Source: the human T2T-CHM13v2.0 reference genome, Homo sapiens
Assembly: GCF_009914755.1 (NCBI RefSeq)
Contig: NC_060927.1
Strand: one strand, 5' to 3'
Length of the DNA stretch: 64,000 nt
A model generated the notes under the pieces. It was given only the letters and a program-made list of their open reading frames with translations. It was not told the DNA's origin and made no database searches. This document shows positions 1-12,017 of this stretch, piece by piece. The position numbers and the translations under genes were made by a program. Within the stretch, counting starts at the first letter, position 1. Each line of letters opens with the position of its first letter.

Positions 1-2369
1 CTTCTCATCAGACTTTTCAAAGTGCTGTCTCTAGCAGTTTCCTCTTTCTGCTCATTTACAACTTCCAGGGTGCTGCTGAACTCTGAACAGTCTTGATACA
101 ATTGTGTACAAAAGTCCAAAATGGCAAAATGAAGGTGTGTGGTCTCTGCCTACAAATTAAAATACGTGGGTTTTAACATGTTCATTTTGTAATAACCTCG
201 CTGGACACTGCTTATTGAGTTAAATTTCTCTTTGAGAGGTTGGGAGGATGCTAGTCATACAAACCAAAGAGAATGAATTTAAGATTATTTAAAAATAAAA
301 AGCAATTGCATTAGTTTTCAATAACATTAACAATGTGAGCTAGCTGTTAACCAAGGGTTTTCTTGAAGAGGTCCTGCTGGGACTACTTTTAATTTGGCAA
401 TTAGCAGCACCATTTGCATACAAATAATGTGTTGAAGTCCTTAAAAATAGTCCACCTCTATCCCCAATTAGGGCCAATTTCCAATGGAAATCGTGTTAAT
501 CCTTCTAAATTGTAGAACAAATATTTCCTTAATATATAATGGAAAGATGGTATTGCAACCAGCTCAGAAAGGAAAATCACAGATTTAAAATTAGAAAACT
601 TCAAATCAGGAAATCTAAATATTGTATTAAAAATGGTAGTCTTTCCCATACCCATTTCATCTCCAATTTTCCAGATCTCCCTTGAACACTGTAGCTTCAG
701 CTGTTAATTTTGTAAGGTTTTGGAAGTTAGGTTAAAATTGGGAATTTAAATAATCAACTCTAATTCTCTTCTTTTCCAGATAAAGAACAAAGAGAGGGTG
801 GCATGGCCTTGTCCAAGGTCAGAACACTTGGCAGCTGCCCTAGACTAGAACTCTTCTCTCCTGACTCTCAATTTTGTTTTTCATCTCCTACACTGTGTTG
901 AGTTCCATTTCTGGTTATGCCACGATGGCTTCCATTCTGTCCTCAGTTCCACAAGTCTTTAAACTCCTCCAAACAGCCAACTTTGTCTGTGGTTCAGCTT
1001 TTATCAGTCATTAGTCTCTCTCACTTTGTCAATCTACTTCTAATTGGATACTGCATTTATAGAGCATTCTCAGCAAGAACCAGAGTGAGACAGTTCTACA
1101 TAATTGATATGATTTGAGTGTCAAGTTGAAGTCCTTTTGCTCCTAATTAGCTCTCTTAAGCTTTCTATGGCATCACTTCCCCTCATACTGGCCAATAGTT
1201 CCACTATTATAGTCATGTCTTTAGGTCAAGGCTTACTGGTGCAGAGGCCTACAAAACCCAAGCAGGTAAAAGCAGGTCAAGGTGGCACCTGTCTGTTCTA
1301 TAGACAGTGATTACTAATCTCTTAACTAGTATATGCTGAAAGAGAATTCTGATTTTTTTTCAACGCTAGTACAAGCAGTTTGAATAGCCCATGAGACTAT
1401 CAGTTTCTGACTTCTTCTTTAAATTCATTCATTATTGCACTCCAGATGTACACATTGAGATCCTACCGTGTGTTCAGCACTGTGCTACATACTTTTATTC
1501 TGTAGCTGAAAAAATTGCTTTTACCCCAGTGTAACGAACTCCTCTGTATCACTCCGCTCCTTAAAGCTGGAGTGACTAGAAGAAAGCACTACATGCTTCT
1601 GTTTTCTTCCATTATCACAGAAAATCAGCCCTGCCCCAAACTCTGGAGCACATTTTTTGTCTTTAATTATATAAAAATGAAGCATTCCTGTGATAAGTGT
1701 TTAGGTGACCTTGCACCAGCACAGCCCACCATAGGTCCTTCTAACCATGTGCCCTGTGTTTACCAGTGAGCTTCCTGCCTCGCTCTTCAGATCAACCTTT
1801 CTTCTTTTCTGCTTCTTATCTCAGCACCCAATCAGCGAGGAGGTCCCCCCCATCTCCTCTTAACTCTCTTCCCGCATAGTCTAGCCCAGACCTCAGCATC
1901 TCCCCAGAGTGCTACACTAGTCCTCATCTTAAGCAATGCCCTCTACCCAGACTAAATTTGTCTGGACCTAGACTAAAATGTCAAATAGGAAAAATACAAT
2001 AATCTGTATAGAATAATCTCTGCAATTAGCAATCCAATGCAGCAATTCTTAGATGATGCAGAATCCTAAGAAATTATACATTTCACATACCCTGATTCTA
2101 GGTTTAAGCAATTCATGAATTTGCTGACTTGAAGGCTGCAGATTGATGCAGGCTTACCTGCCCAACATTGTTTCATCCCTCACAGATCTCAGCGGACAGT
2201 ACTGTCCTAGGGCCAAGGATGCAGTAGAGTCTCTAGGTCTGCATGCTAGACCCTTGGGGCTAAGGCAAGTTTATTTTGCTAAGGTGTCATTTCTCCATGT
2301 GTAAAATACAGATACCACTGTCTTATATAGGAAAGTATTTTATGAAAGCACTTCTAGTGTCAAGTGTTA

Positions 2370-2505
2370 ACACAAGCTGTAGCATTCAACCCTGGTTCAA
2401 ATCCTGGTTCTGTCACTGCTATCTGTATAAACCTGTAAAATGGAGATAAAAATGGTTGAATGAGGTAATGTTTGTAAAATGTGAAGCATAATTCCTGGCA
2501 CACAG
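2370..2505 (+). mobile_element. MIR SINE fragment
   Basis: ggttcaaatcctggttctgtcact...ctgtaaaatggagataa...cctggcacacag resembles the MIR core and 3' end. Confidence 0.7.
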
Positions 2506-2596
2506 AACTGCACGTTGGAGAAAAAGATGTTAATGATGGAGATTTTAGGTTTTTGCCTCTGACTGCATTCTTTATCTTCAGGGAAGAGAGAATAAT

Positions 2597-2860
2597 GAAA
2601 GCTAATGTGTATCAAGCACTTAGATTTTTCCAGGAATTGTGCTGAGCATGTATCAAATCATTTAATCCTCACAGCAGTCGTAGGCCGTAGGTATTTAGAG
2701 GAGGTATTTATTGTCCCCATTTTACAGACGAGGAAACTGAGTTTGACAGAAGTTAAGTATCCTGTCAAAAGTCACACACAGCCTGAAAGAGCTGGGATAT
2801 ACAGACAAGGAATGTGCCTCGAAATCTATGCTCTTAACCTCTAAATTATACTGCCTCATG
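2597..2860 (-). mobile_element. MIR SINE
   Basis: tttaatcctcacag...ccccattttacagacgaggaaactgag...agttaagt is the reverse MIR core. Confidence 0.85.
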
Positions 2861-4597
2861 GGTGGTAGAAAAAAGAGAAGTGTAGAAGACGGGTCAGCCC
2901 AGAGGTTGATCAAGGGAAAGGAAGGCTAGAGTAGGCAATTTACAAATTTGAGTTTAAAATACAGAGCCTTGCAATTCATAATAGAAAGACTAAGTGTCCA
3001 TTGCTACAGCTGGCTGCTTCCAACTCTGCCAAACATCTCTCTCTGAAAAAAGTGGGGAGGGTGTCTCAGGGTTATAGACCCTTAGAGTCTTCATGGTCAA
3101 CTTGGCTAGGGATAATAAAATCTTGGGACAGCTAGAGAAGACTACATTTATGAGAAAAGTAATTACGAATCAAAAAGTTTAAATGACAAAGAGACTATAT
3201 TTTTTCTTTGTTCTTGGATTCTTTATTTGTATCCCACCAACTTCCAAAATGATGACTTGCAGCAGGTTACAACAAAAGACACACAAACAATAGAAATATT
3301 CAGACAAGGGTAAAAGGTCAAGAGACCGGGTATTTGAGCTATCCATTTAGCACATTATTTTTCCAGCTGGGAAATCTACTGCAAAACTGAACTAAGATCA
3401 GAAAGGTGCTTCATAAATATATAGTTTAATTCTAGCAATATATTTGAAGTGCTTAGATAGCAAACCTCTCTGTATTTCACTATAATGGCCCAGCTTAATT
3501 TGTCATCTTTTTTTCCCTCCTTTTAAAGCATTGCTGAGACTTTAAGATACTCATTGTGAATTAATTTGGGATTTGGCATAATAACATTAATCATGCTAAA
3601 AGAATTCATTTGACAGTAATGCGGTATAATTAGTGATGTACTAAATCCATTGAGATCTACCAATAATTATAGAATCGTTATTTTAAAACCTTATATAGGC
3701 ACTCTTCTTTCTTTTTCTTTTTTTTTTCTTTTCTATTTTGAATCTTCAGCATGTAGAGACAAAGCTCTAGCTCTGACAATTTGCTTTTTGAGATACTGGG
3801 CAAAGGTAACAAGAATAAACCTCAGTGGACTTAGCACTAACCACAGAAGCCCTTTGCTTAGGGCAAGGTATAAGAATTACCTTAAAGAGGACTGTTTAAT
3901 CCTGAAGACAGCTAGCTGAATCACGTGGAATTATTAGGAAGGCTTGTGAACATAAACGGGCCTGAGCAAACCTAGAGTTTAGTAGCTTATGAAGCTTAAA
4001 GACTGGTAGAGCTTGAAGAAATAACTAGAAATTCCTGTTCCTAGATTGTGGTGAATGTTTAATCTTCTTTAAAAGTACTAACAGTGAATTTGGAGTGGGA
4101 GGAAGTGAAGAGGATGGTTTCTATGGTTGTAGATTCTTAGATATTTCAACAGAATGAAATCTTAGAAATTAACAGGTGAAATAATATCATTTTACATAAT
4201 TAAATCTGTGATCTATTAAGGTTGTTTGGCTTGTTCAAGTATGCAATTTAGTGACCCAGCCAGGTCTAGACTCCAAAAGTCTATACTCCAAAACCCATAG
4301 CCTTCTAGTCATAAACTATTTTTTTTTCTACCAGAGGCATCCCAGAAATAAACTCTCTATTTTTGTAGGAGTTTGGAATCGGCTTCTTAACAGGAATTCC
4401 TAGAAAGAAGCCCTGAATGTCCTGAGGTATCTTTTGCACCTAAAATGGTAATAACCATGTACTATCTTTGATAAAATAGTCATTCAAATGAATTTCTATA
4501 TTCTTTAGCTCAGCTGAAGAATTGTGATTGGAAAAATCCTTGGACTCTAGAATGGGACAGTCAAATAGGATTTTCTGTGACACTGGAAATGTTTCAT

Positions 4598-4803
4598 ACC
4601 TGTGCTGTCCAAGAGAACTTTCTGTGACAATGAAAATGTTTATATCTGTGCTCCTCAGTATGGTAGCCACTAGCTAGATATGGCTGCTGAGTACTGGAAA
4701 TATGGGTAATGTGAGATGAAGTAAAATTTTCATTTAATGTTTTCTTTTAATTAACTTTAAAGAGATGAGTGTGACTAATAGATATCATATTGGACAGCAT
4801 AGC
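4598..4803. mobile_element. MER3-type hAT-Charlie MITE
   Basis: ctgtgctgtcc...agaactttctgtgacaatg...atggtagccactagc...attggacagcatag; terminal inverted repeats tgctgtcca / tggacagca. Confidence 0.8.
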
Positions 4804-4949
4804 TCTATGAATATTTTTACTCAGTCAGTATATAAAGCTACATGACAATTGTGTCATATGTAATACTATTGATGTCAATGAGGTTATGCTATTGCCTTTT
4901 GAATATGCCTGAATGTTTTAGTCTCAATCCTGTATTTTGGGAGGAGTAT

Positions 4950-5165
4950 ATAGCATTGTACTTTCCAGGGCATGATCTGCAGGGCCCGAGCTCAAAACCT
5001 AGCTCTACCACGTGTGGACTCAGACAAGTATCTTAACCTCTTGTGAGGTAATACCCCTTATCCTTACAGGGGTGCTGTAAAGAGCATAGATGACTAAAGG
5101 AATTAATAGATTTGAATTGCTTAAGATGATGCCTGGCACATAGAGGATGGTGAATACGTGGTAGT
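4950..5165 (+). mobile_element. MIR SINE
   Basis: ctagctctaccac...caagtatcttaacctct...gcctggcacatag. Confidence 0.65.
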
Positions 5166-5577
5166 CAACCACTATAGACAATGCAAGCTTATATCACCTG
5201 TTCCTGGGCTGACCACCACCACTGTTCCCTGCCCCTTCACCCAATATTCTTTGGCACAAATGAGCACATGGTAACGAAAGGCAAATCTTGGCATTCTCAT
5301 TTTTCTTTTCGCAGCCCTCTCATATGCATTAACCAGTGAAATGAAACAAAAACTATATCCCCACAACTTCACACCCTACTTGGCATTCTCAAGGTACTCA
5401 AATATTTACTAAAGGAAAGAATATGTCATTTTCCCTTTTTAAATATACTATTAATTGCAAAATACTAGTTATCACATACAAATCCAGAAAATATGACAAA
5501 CTCCATTATTCACAACTAGATTTACAGATTAATATTTTGCCATTTTGTTGTAGATATGTCCTTGGAAAGAAATCTCA

Positions 5578-5858
5578 GGCCTGGCATGGTGGCTCAAGCC
5601 TGTAATCCCAGCACTTTGGGAGGCTGAATATGGAGGGTTGCATGAGCTCAGGAATTTGAGACCAGCCTGGGAAATACGGCAAAACCCTGTCTCTACAATA
5701 AATACAAAATTTAGCTGGGCATGGTGTGCATATCTGTGGTCTCAGCCACTCTAGACACTGAGGTGGGAGCAATTCTTGATCCCAGGAGATCGAGGGAGGC
5801 TGTAGTGAACCAAGAGCTCACGATTCCACTCTGGCCTGGGTGACAGAGCCAGATCCTG

Positions 5859-5890
<32 letters not shown>
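5578..5890 (+). mobile_element. AluJ (full dimer)
   Basis: ggcctggcatggtggctcaagcctgtaatcccagcactttgggagg; J-type diagnostics (gagctcaggaatttgag, gaggctgtagtga); T12A18 tail. Confidence 0.93.
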
Positions 5891-6779
5891 GCTTATATTC
5901 ATATGGTTTTGCAACTCCCTCTACTCTTTTTGAAATGCGGCAAGCTATTAATAGAGATATCTTTCTTAGAATTTTCAGGTTCACAACTTTCAATAGCTTA
6001 CTCTTGCCTACAAAATACCTTTCACGTGAAAACAGAGTGTTTCAAGTTATTCTATAATCTCATCCCAATTTTCTCAACCTTCCCATTTGTGGGCTTGTCT
6101 CTTAACTAGCTTGTATTTACCAACGTGTAAGTTATTTTGGTTTTACAGTGACTTATCCTTTGAAGTTGATGTCTGCTATCTCAAGGAACGCACACACTCC
6201 TGTCTGTAACAGAAGCACACAGTAGGTGATCTGAGAATACTTCCTTGCAAAGTGAATTTATTGTTGATAACTCACAAGCCTTTGACATTTATAGAAAATA
6301 TGGTCTCTGTCATATTTTTACAATTTCGTTTTCTTAATCTGCTATGATTTATAGGATCCTAATGCGGAGTTTTGTTTGACCAAAGAGAATGAGGCAAAGC
6401 AGTAGGATGTTTGTTAGCAGTAAGACACTTAATTTACATTAAACATTAGGGGAGAAGAAGATAATAGTAAGGTTGAGATAAATTGCGGTGGAGAGTGTGT
6501 AAAATTGAAGCCTACTTTTAAAAATATAGGGTACCCTGTGAAAATCAAGGTATTGTTTCACAGGAACTAATTTATTCTCCACAACTTGCTAAATTATGTG
6601 GTGCTTTAAATACAAATGGCAACAGTTTTGCCATCAAATACAAGTTCAATTGAAGAGAGATTGTTGACCCGCAAATACATCTGAGTTGAGAAGTGGAACC
6701 ATTATCTATAGATAGTGCTAAAATATCACCTGAAACCTAGTCAGGTCACCAGGACTTGATGACTTATGCTATAGCTGTT

Positions 6780-6955
6780 AAACAAAAAGGATGAGCTAGT
6801 GATGCTTCGAGGTGTTTGAGGCTAATCGAGAAGCTGGGGGTGGCAAGGAGAAAGATGGGAAGTTGAGAGCTATTTGTAGTAAGAATGAGGAGTTTGATTT
6901 TTGGTACATCATGATGGAGATGACACCTGGACAGGCATATATAAATATATAGCAT
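6780..6955 (-). mobile_element. L2 LINE fragment
   Basis: gaggagtttgattttggtacat...gagatgacacctggacaggc resembles reverse L2 3' region; highly diverged. Confidence 0.55.
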
Positions 6956-9433
6956 GCCCTTACAAATCAGAGCTTCTGGGTACTATATTCTAGGCTGCTA
7001 GAAGAACAAACTATATTGTTCAAATAGTTGTATAGTTATGATAAATTCCCCAAATGAGGTTTAATATATACTCCCATCATTAAGTTACTCACAAACCAAA
7101 TGTGCTCATCTTAAGAAATTAAGTGAAAAGACTAGTTTGAGTGTTTTCTTGTCATAACTCAGCTGAACTTCGAAATAAGAGCCATTAGGGCTGATTTCAC
7201 TAGTTTAGAGTACACATAAGACTCTCAAAGATGGAGAAGAATGGTTTCCTGTCATCTATCCCTAGTTAGTAAGGCAGCATGGCAGCTTGATCCAGTAATG
7301 TTACTTTAACCTCATATATTCTCAAATTATACTCTTTTGTTTTTTGCAAAACCATTTTTTCCTTATAGTGTCAAATATTTCATCCAATAAATTTGTTATT
7401 CAGTAAAACTCGTAGATTTGCATTACAAAATTAGAAAAAAGTAAAACCTGAAGATTTCCATGCCACAGCTTAACTATGATTAAATGTATTTATCTTTATA
7501 TAGGAATGGCTTAATTTGTTCTGAGTTCCTTAGTTCTGAATCCCAGAGTAAGTTTGTATTCCATTGTTTCTAAAAGGATAATTTTTTAAGAAGCTACAAA
7601 TAATGAATTTGTATTTTGTAAGGCAATCCTGTAACTCACGTGGTTTCTGCACGGCAATGGAATGCAGTTACCAAGATCTTTCTCTTTGGTTAGGGATGTA
7701 TTGAGATTGAAAGCTCTATGTGACATCTGCTTAATTATCAGGCCTTAAAAATTTGGGTATCTTCAGTAATTCAGATAAGAGCTGAAGTGTATGGCTACAG
7801 CCCCAGAAACATGCAAAGAAGCCTGTTGCTTTTAAAGTTTGTATAGCCAAGAAATATTCATACCCTCAACACATACTAAGAAACACTGTTACTCATAATT
7901 GATCAGCGTATTATTATATAGACTCACTAGTCTATTTTTTCCCTCAATATACTAACCTTGTTAAAGCGTATTTTTTAAAATAGAATGACTGAAGCCGATT
8001 TTGGCATGCATTCAAATGAGTTGGTGTGAGTAGGTGCTAGAAATTTTTCATGTTTTCAGTATACACTAATGCCAGCTTGGCAGAGAATAAGAAAATTTAC
8101 TGTGCTCCGCAGCAAAAGTGACAAACACATGTCAAAGGATTACTTTGTTCCCTGTAATGCAGATGTATTCCCAAACCAAATCCCTAGCATCTTTGTACAA
8201 TGTGATTGCTTTATTGTTGGATCTAATAGGAAAGGAGACACCCAAGGGGTTATAAATATTTTTGAACAGAGCATTGCAAGTCAAAGTTAACGTTTTCTGA
8301 GAGTAGAAAATCAATTCACAAAAGCAAAATTCACATGGTAGAATTTTGAGGTCTAAGTGGGTTTATGCCATTGGAAGTCAGCAGGTATAAAGTCAATGTC
8401 ATTTGTAGGTGTTTCCATTGCTTATGCAGTATCATAAATGAAGGGGTTCATTCACCCCTTATAAAAGTATCTCTGGTCTTGGTGGACTGGATTTCAAAGA
8501 TCACATGCCTTTTGTACCAAAAGTGTGATTCATCTATTGTGTACCAAAATTGTAATTCATACTTACATTAAAATATAACCCATCCTGTAAGTAAGACACT
8601 AGGACTTAACTTTCAGTGCACCATCGAACAAAGATGGAAAGACCTAGGTGCAGCAAATGAACTCTACCTCCTGAAATGTGTTGTACTTAAAGGAATCTTC
8701 TTTTATTTTAAAAGATTATTTTTCTTAGCTAAATGATTGATTATTCCTTTTTGTTCTGTAATCTTAATTATTTTTAATTTAGACTCAACTTCTGAAAGTT
8801 CTTTTTTGTGGTTGTGTTTTCTCAGCTTTAAGCTTCTCAGCAAAAAGTGTTATTTCATTGTCTGCTTATGCTTTTCAAGGTCTTTTACAGTAGTGAAGTA
8901 AGGCCTGTATATCCCTCCACAGACAGATACTTGGGGATAATTCACTTTCTCAGCTCCCAAATCCTCATTTAGATTCTCTCCAATGATAAGATCATTTTTC
9001 TTCCACTTAGAGGTTCTCTCTTGTTTCATGGATTATATGCAGTGATTGTAAATAATATGGCTTAACTAAGCATCCTTATTTCACATTAGTAATTCCTAGA
9101 AATTGGGTTCGTTTTAAGAAAGCAATTATGTACTTAGAAATACCAAACTTTGAAACAGAAAAGAAAGAGAATATTCTCACTCAGAGATGATCACCATTAG
9201 TATTTTGATCATGTTTTCTCCTACTGTTTATTGCATACATTGAAATGTCTATTGTGTTTTAAAAAGCTTTAGAAAAGATATCATGTAAAAGTAATGATAT
9301 AATGATATGAATATTTTTCCTACTATTACCCTGCCCAATTTTTAACATTATTTGAAAATAATATATTTAATTAGTAAACAAATGTATAAAGGGAACGTAT
9401 TTTCAAATATTTCAAGAGGAAACAGAACAACAG

Positions 9434-9720
9434 GTTACTAATGGAACCTCCTAGGAGATGAACCCAGGTACTAGCCTTACTTAATATTTTAATAAATGAT
9501 TTAGAAGTTAGAGTGCATAGTGAAATCTCTGCGTTTGCACATTACACTAGCTATTCTTATGGATAAATTATAGGAAGATCTAACCATGCTCTGAGAGTAA
9601 GCAGAAAAGTGACCGATGATATTCAATAAAGATGCGTTTTAAGGGGAAAAATGTTCTGAGCTGTAGTTTATAATATGGTTTTGGAACTATCACTTATGAA
9701 AGAGCAAAGAGTGGTTTTAT
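9434..9720 (+). mobile_element. Ancient CR1/L3-clade LINE reverse-transcriptase fragment
   Basis: Conceptual translation VTNG...LNILINDLEVRVHSEISAFAHYT mirrors the CR1 RT segment VTSG...FNIFINDL...SKFADDT; stops and frameshifts present. Confidence 0.75.
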
Positions 9721-10829
9721 TCTACCTAAAAATGTTTTTAAGCAAAAAAGCCAACATAGACTGGTCATTATTCATTCATTCCACAAATAATTGGTGAGTC
9801 TCCTTACGTAATTATAAACACCATGCTAGATTCTGAAGATGTAGGGTACAAAAGAAACAACAGTAATTTGTGGCTCATTTCTAGCAGCTAGGCTGTTAAA
9901 TTCTTATTCCTCTCTACTTTTTATCTGGTCTCTGAGATCTGCCCCCTAGCACTTCTAGAGGGAGCAGAGATTCCCAGCTGTTGTCAATGTGGCCTGGCTG
10001 TAATGCCTGGGCAATGCTGCTACATAGGCTGCTGTTTTGAGTTGACTCCTTAAAAAAAATTCTTAACCATGATAAAGAACTTAGTAATTATGAAAAGTAA
10101 TTCTTAACAATTACAAAGAATAATGTGTATCTTGTTTTACCTATTTTAATGCTGTTCTTGTTTTTTCTCTTGTTTCTGATTGTAATTGATTTGGTACAGA
10201 GTATGATAGCTCAGTAAGTTATAAGTCTGGATATTTTAAAGGGCTATTGACAATATCCTGCAACTCCTTTTGATGTGAAATATATTAATTTGAATGGAAA
10301 AATAATAGCGGGATTTTTTTATTGGTCATACTGCCAAAAAACATTCTAACACACAAAGTAGAAACAGGTCTATTAAAACAGAATTAATGACAACAAGAAA
10401 TATAAAGTAAAATTAATACAACAGCTGTCTGATTTTAGGCAGAATGTAGAGAGCTCTCCTTTGAGGGCTGCTTTTCAGGAGTCTTATTCTTTTATGATTC
10501 TGAATGAAAGGGAAGTGGATTAGAGGTGGGATGCATCCAGGGGCGTAAGCTTTACCACCATTAACTGCGTTTGTGAGTGCTGCTAGAACTGCAAAATATG
10601 GTTATACCTAGCATCATAAAATTCTCAGCAATATTCCCCAAACCAAAGTAACTTCAATTCACAATCATGAGATAAAACCAATGAAAGCCATTCAATAGGG
10701 CTTTGAATCTTGCTTGGTTGTAAATTCCATTATAGCAGGTGCTTCCTTACCTCTCCTTCAACGTTTTATCCCCAATGCCTGGCACATAATAGGAGTTCAA
10801 CTAATATTAAATACATGCTTGTCTATCAA

Positions 10830-11370
10830 ACATTTACATAGTGTCTGCTATGTGCCCAACACGGTTCCAAATTCTTTTCAAATGTTACTTAATCCTTATA
10901 GCAACACTGTAAGATATGCACCCTAATAAAAATGAGGAGACCTGGCCAGGCATGGAAGCTTGTGCCTATAATCCCAGCATTTTGGAAGGCCAAGACAGAA
11001 GGATTGCCAGAGGCCAGGAGTTAGAGACCAGACTGGGCAACATAGTGAGATGGTGTCTCCCCACATTTTTCTTTTAAAAAATAGCCAGGTGTGGTGGTGC
11101 CCATTTGCAGTTCTAGTTACCTGCGAAGCTGAAGTGGGAGGCTTTCCTCAGCCCAAGAGTTTGAGGTTGCAGTTAGCTATTATTGTGCCGTTGCACTCCA
11201 CACTAGGTGACAGAGTGAGACTCTGTCTCTGAAAAAAGAAAAGAGGAAACTTAAACACTAAGAAGTTAAGTGATTTGTTCAAGGTCACACAACTCTTAAG
11301 TAGAGAAGCTGGAATTCAAACCCAGACAGTCTGGCTTCACAGTCTATACTTTTAAGTACTCTGCTATGTC
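10830..11370 (-). mobile_element. MIR interrupted by AluJ
   Basis: ctatgtgcc...taatcctta...aatgaggag [Alu] gaggaaact...gttaagtgatttgttcaaggtcacac...ggaattcaaacccagacagtctggc. Confidence 0.75.
10944..11240 (+). mobile_element. AluJ
   Basis: ggccaggcatgg...cctataatcccagcattttgg...gaggccaggagttagagaccag...gacagagtgagactctgtctc + A tail; degenerate TSD aaaatgaggagac / aaaagaggaaac. Confidence 0.9.
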
Positions 11371-11829
11371 TCGTTGAACTGAATGTATTCTAGGGAGAGC
11401 CATTGGTTCATATTATTAGTGTCTCCAGTCTCCATGCATGTATTTTTTAAAAATATGTTTTAAATATAAGTGTAGTTTTTAAGCAATTATTTCTCTCTGC
11501 TGCCTGAAAATCTCCTATTCCTCCAAATACACAAGGCAAAGCTTACAGTTCTTGGTATGTCACTTAAGGTTTTTCCTTATTTGGCCCTATTTCCTACCTT
11601 ATTTCTCTGTACTTCCCCTTTAGCTAGGGTACAAGATGCATAAAATACATCAGTGGTCCCATTAGGCTGTTGTCTACCTCAGTGCTCTTTACTTCCCTTT
11701 GCCCAACCCCATTTTTATCTTGGCCAAGTTCTGTAGATTCATCAAGACCAGATTAAATGTCACCTGGTAAAGTCTACAGAGAATTATCTAATTTGTATAT
11801 ATAATGCAGAGTACAGCAAAGTGTGTGGT

Positions 11830-12017
11830 ACAGCAGACTGATAGGTACAGTCACAAAACTTTGCACTGAACAACTCTTGTAGACCTCACAACGTGTCTTT
11901 GCAAGCACCTGTGCACATGTGTTCACACCTGTTTATGGCAATTTCATAGTCTATGATATGAATGGTGTCCCTTAGACTTGAGCAGTGCCACTGCCACAGC
12001 AATACAGGGCAAACTTG
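11830..12017. mobile_element. MER91-like hAT-Tip100 MITE remnant
   Basis: tgcactgaacaactc ... gaatggtgtcccttagacttgagcagtgc resembles the palindromic MER91C-type consensus as recalled. Confidence 0.5.

Noticed and set aside
9939-9953. CTCF-like motif (GTGCTAGGGGGCAG on minus; similar text near 34099)
   Set aside because: Lacks the conserved 5' CC of the core and cannot be supported without ChIP data.
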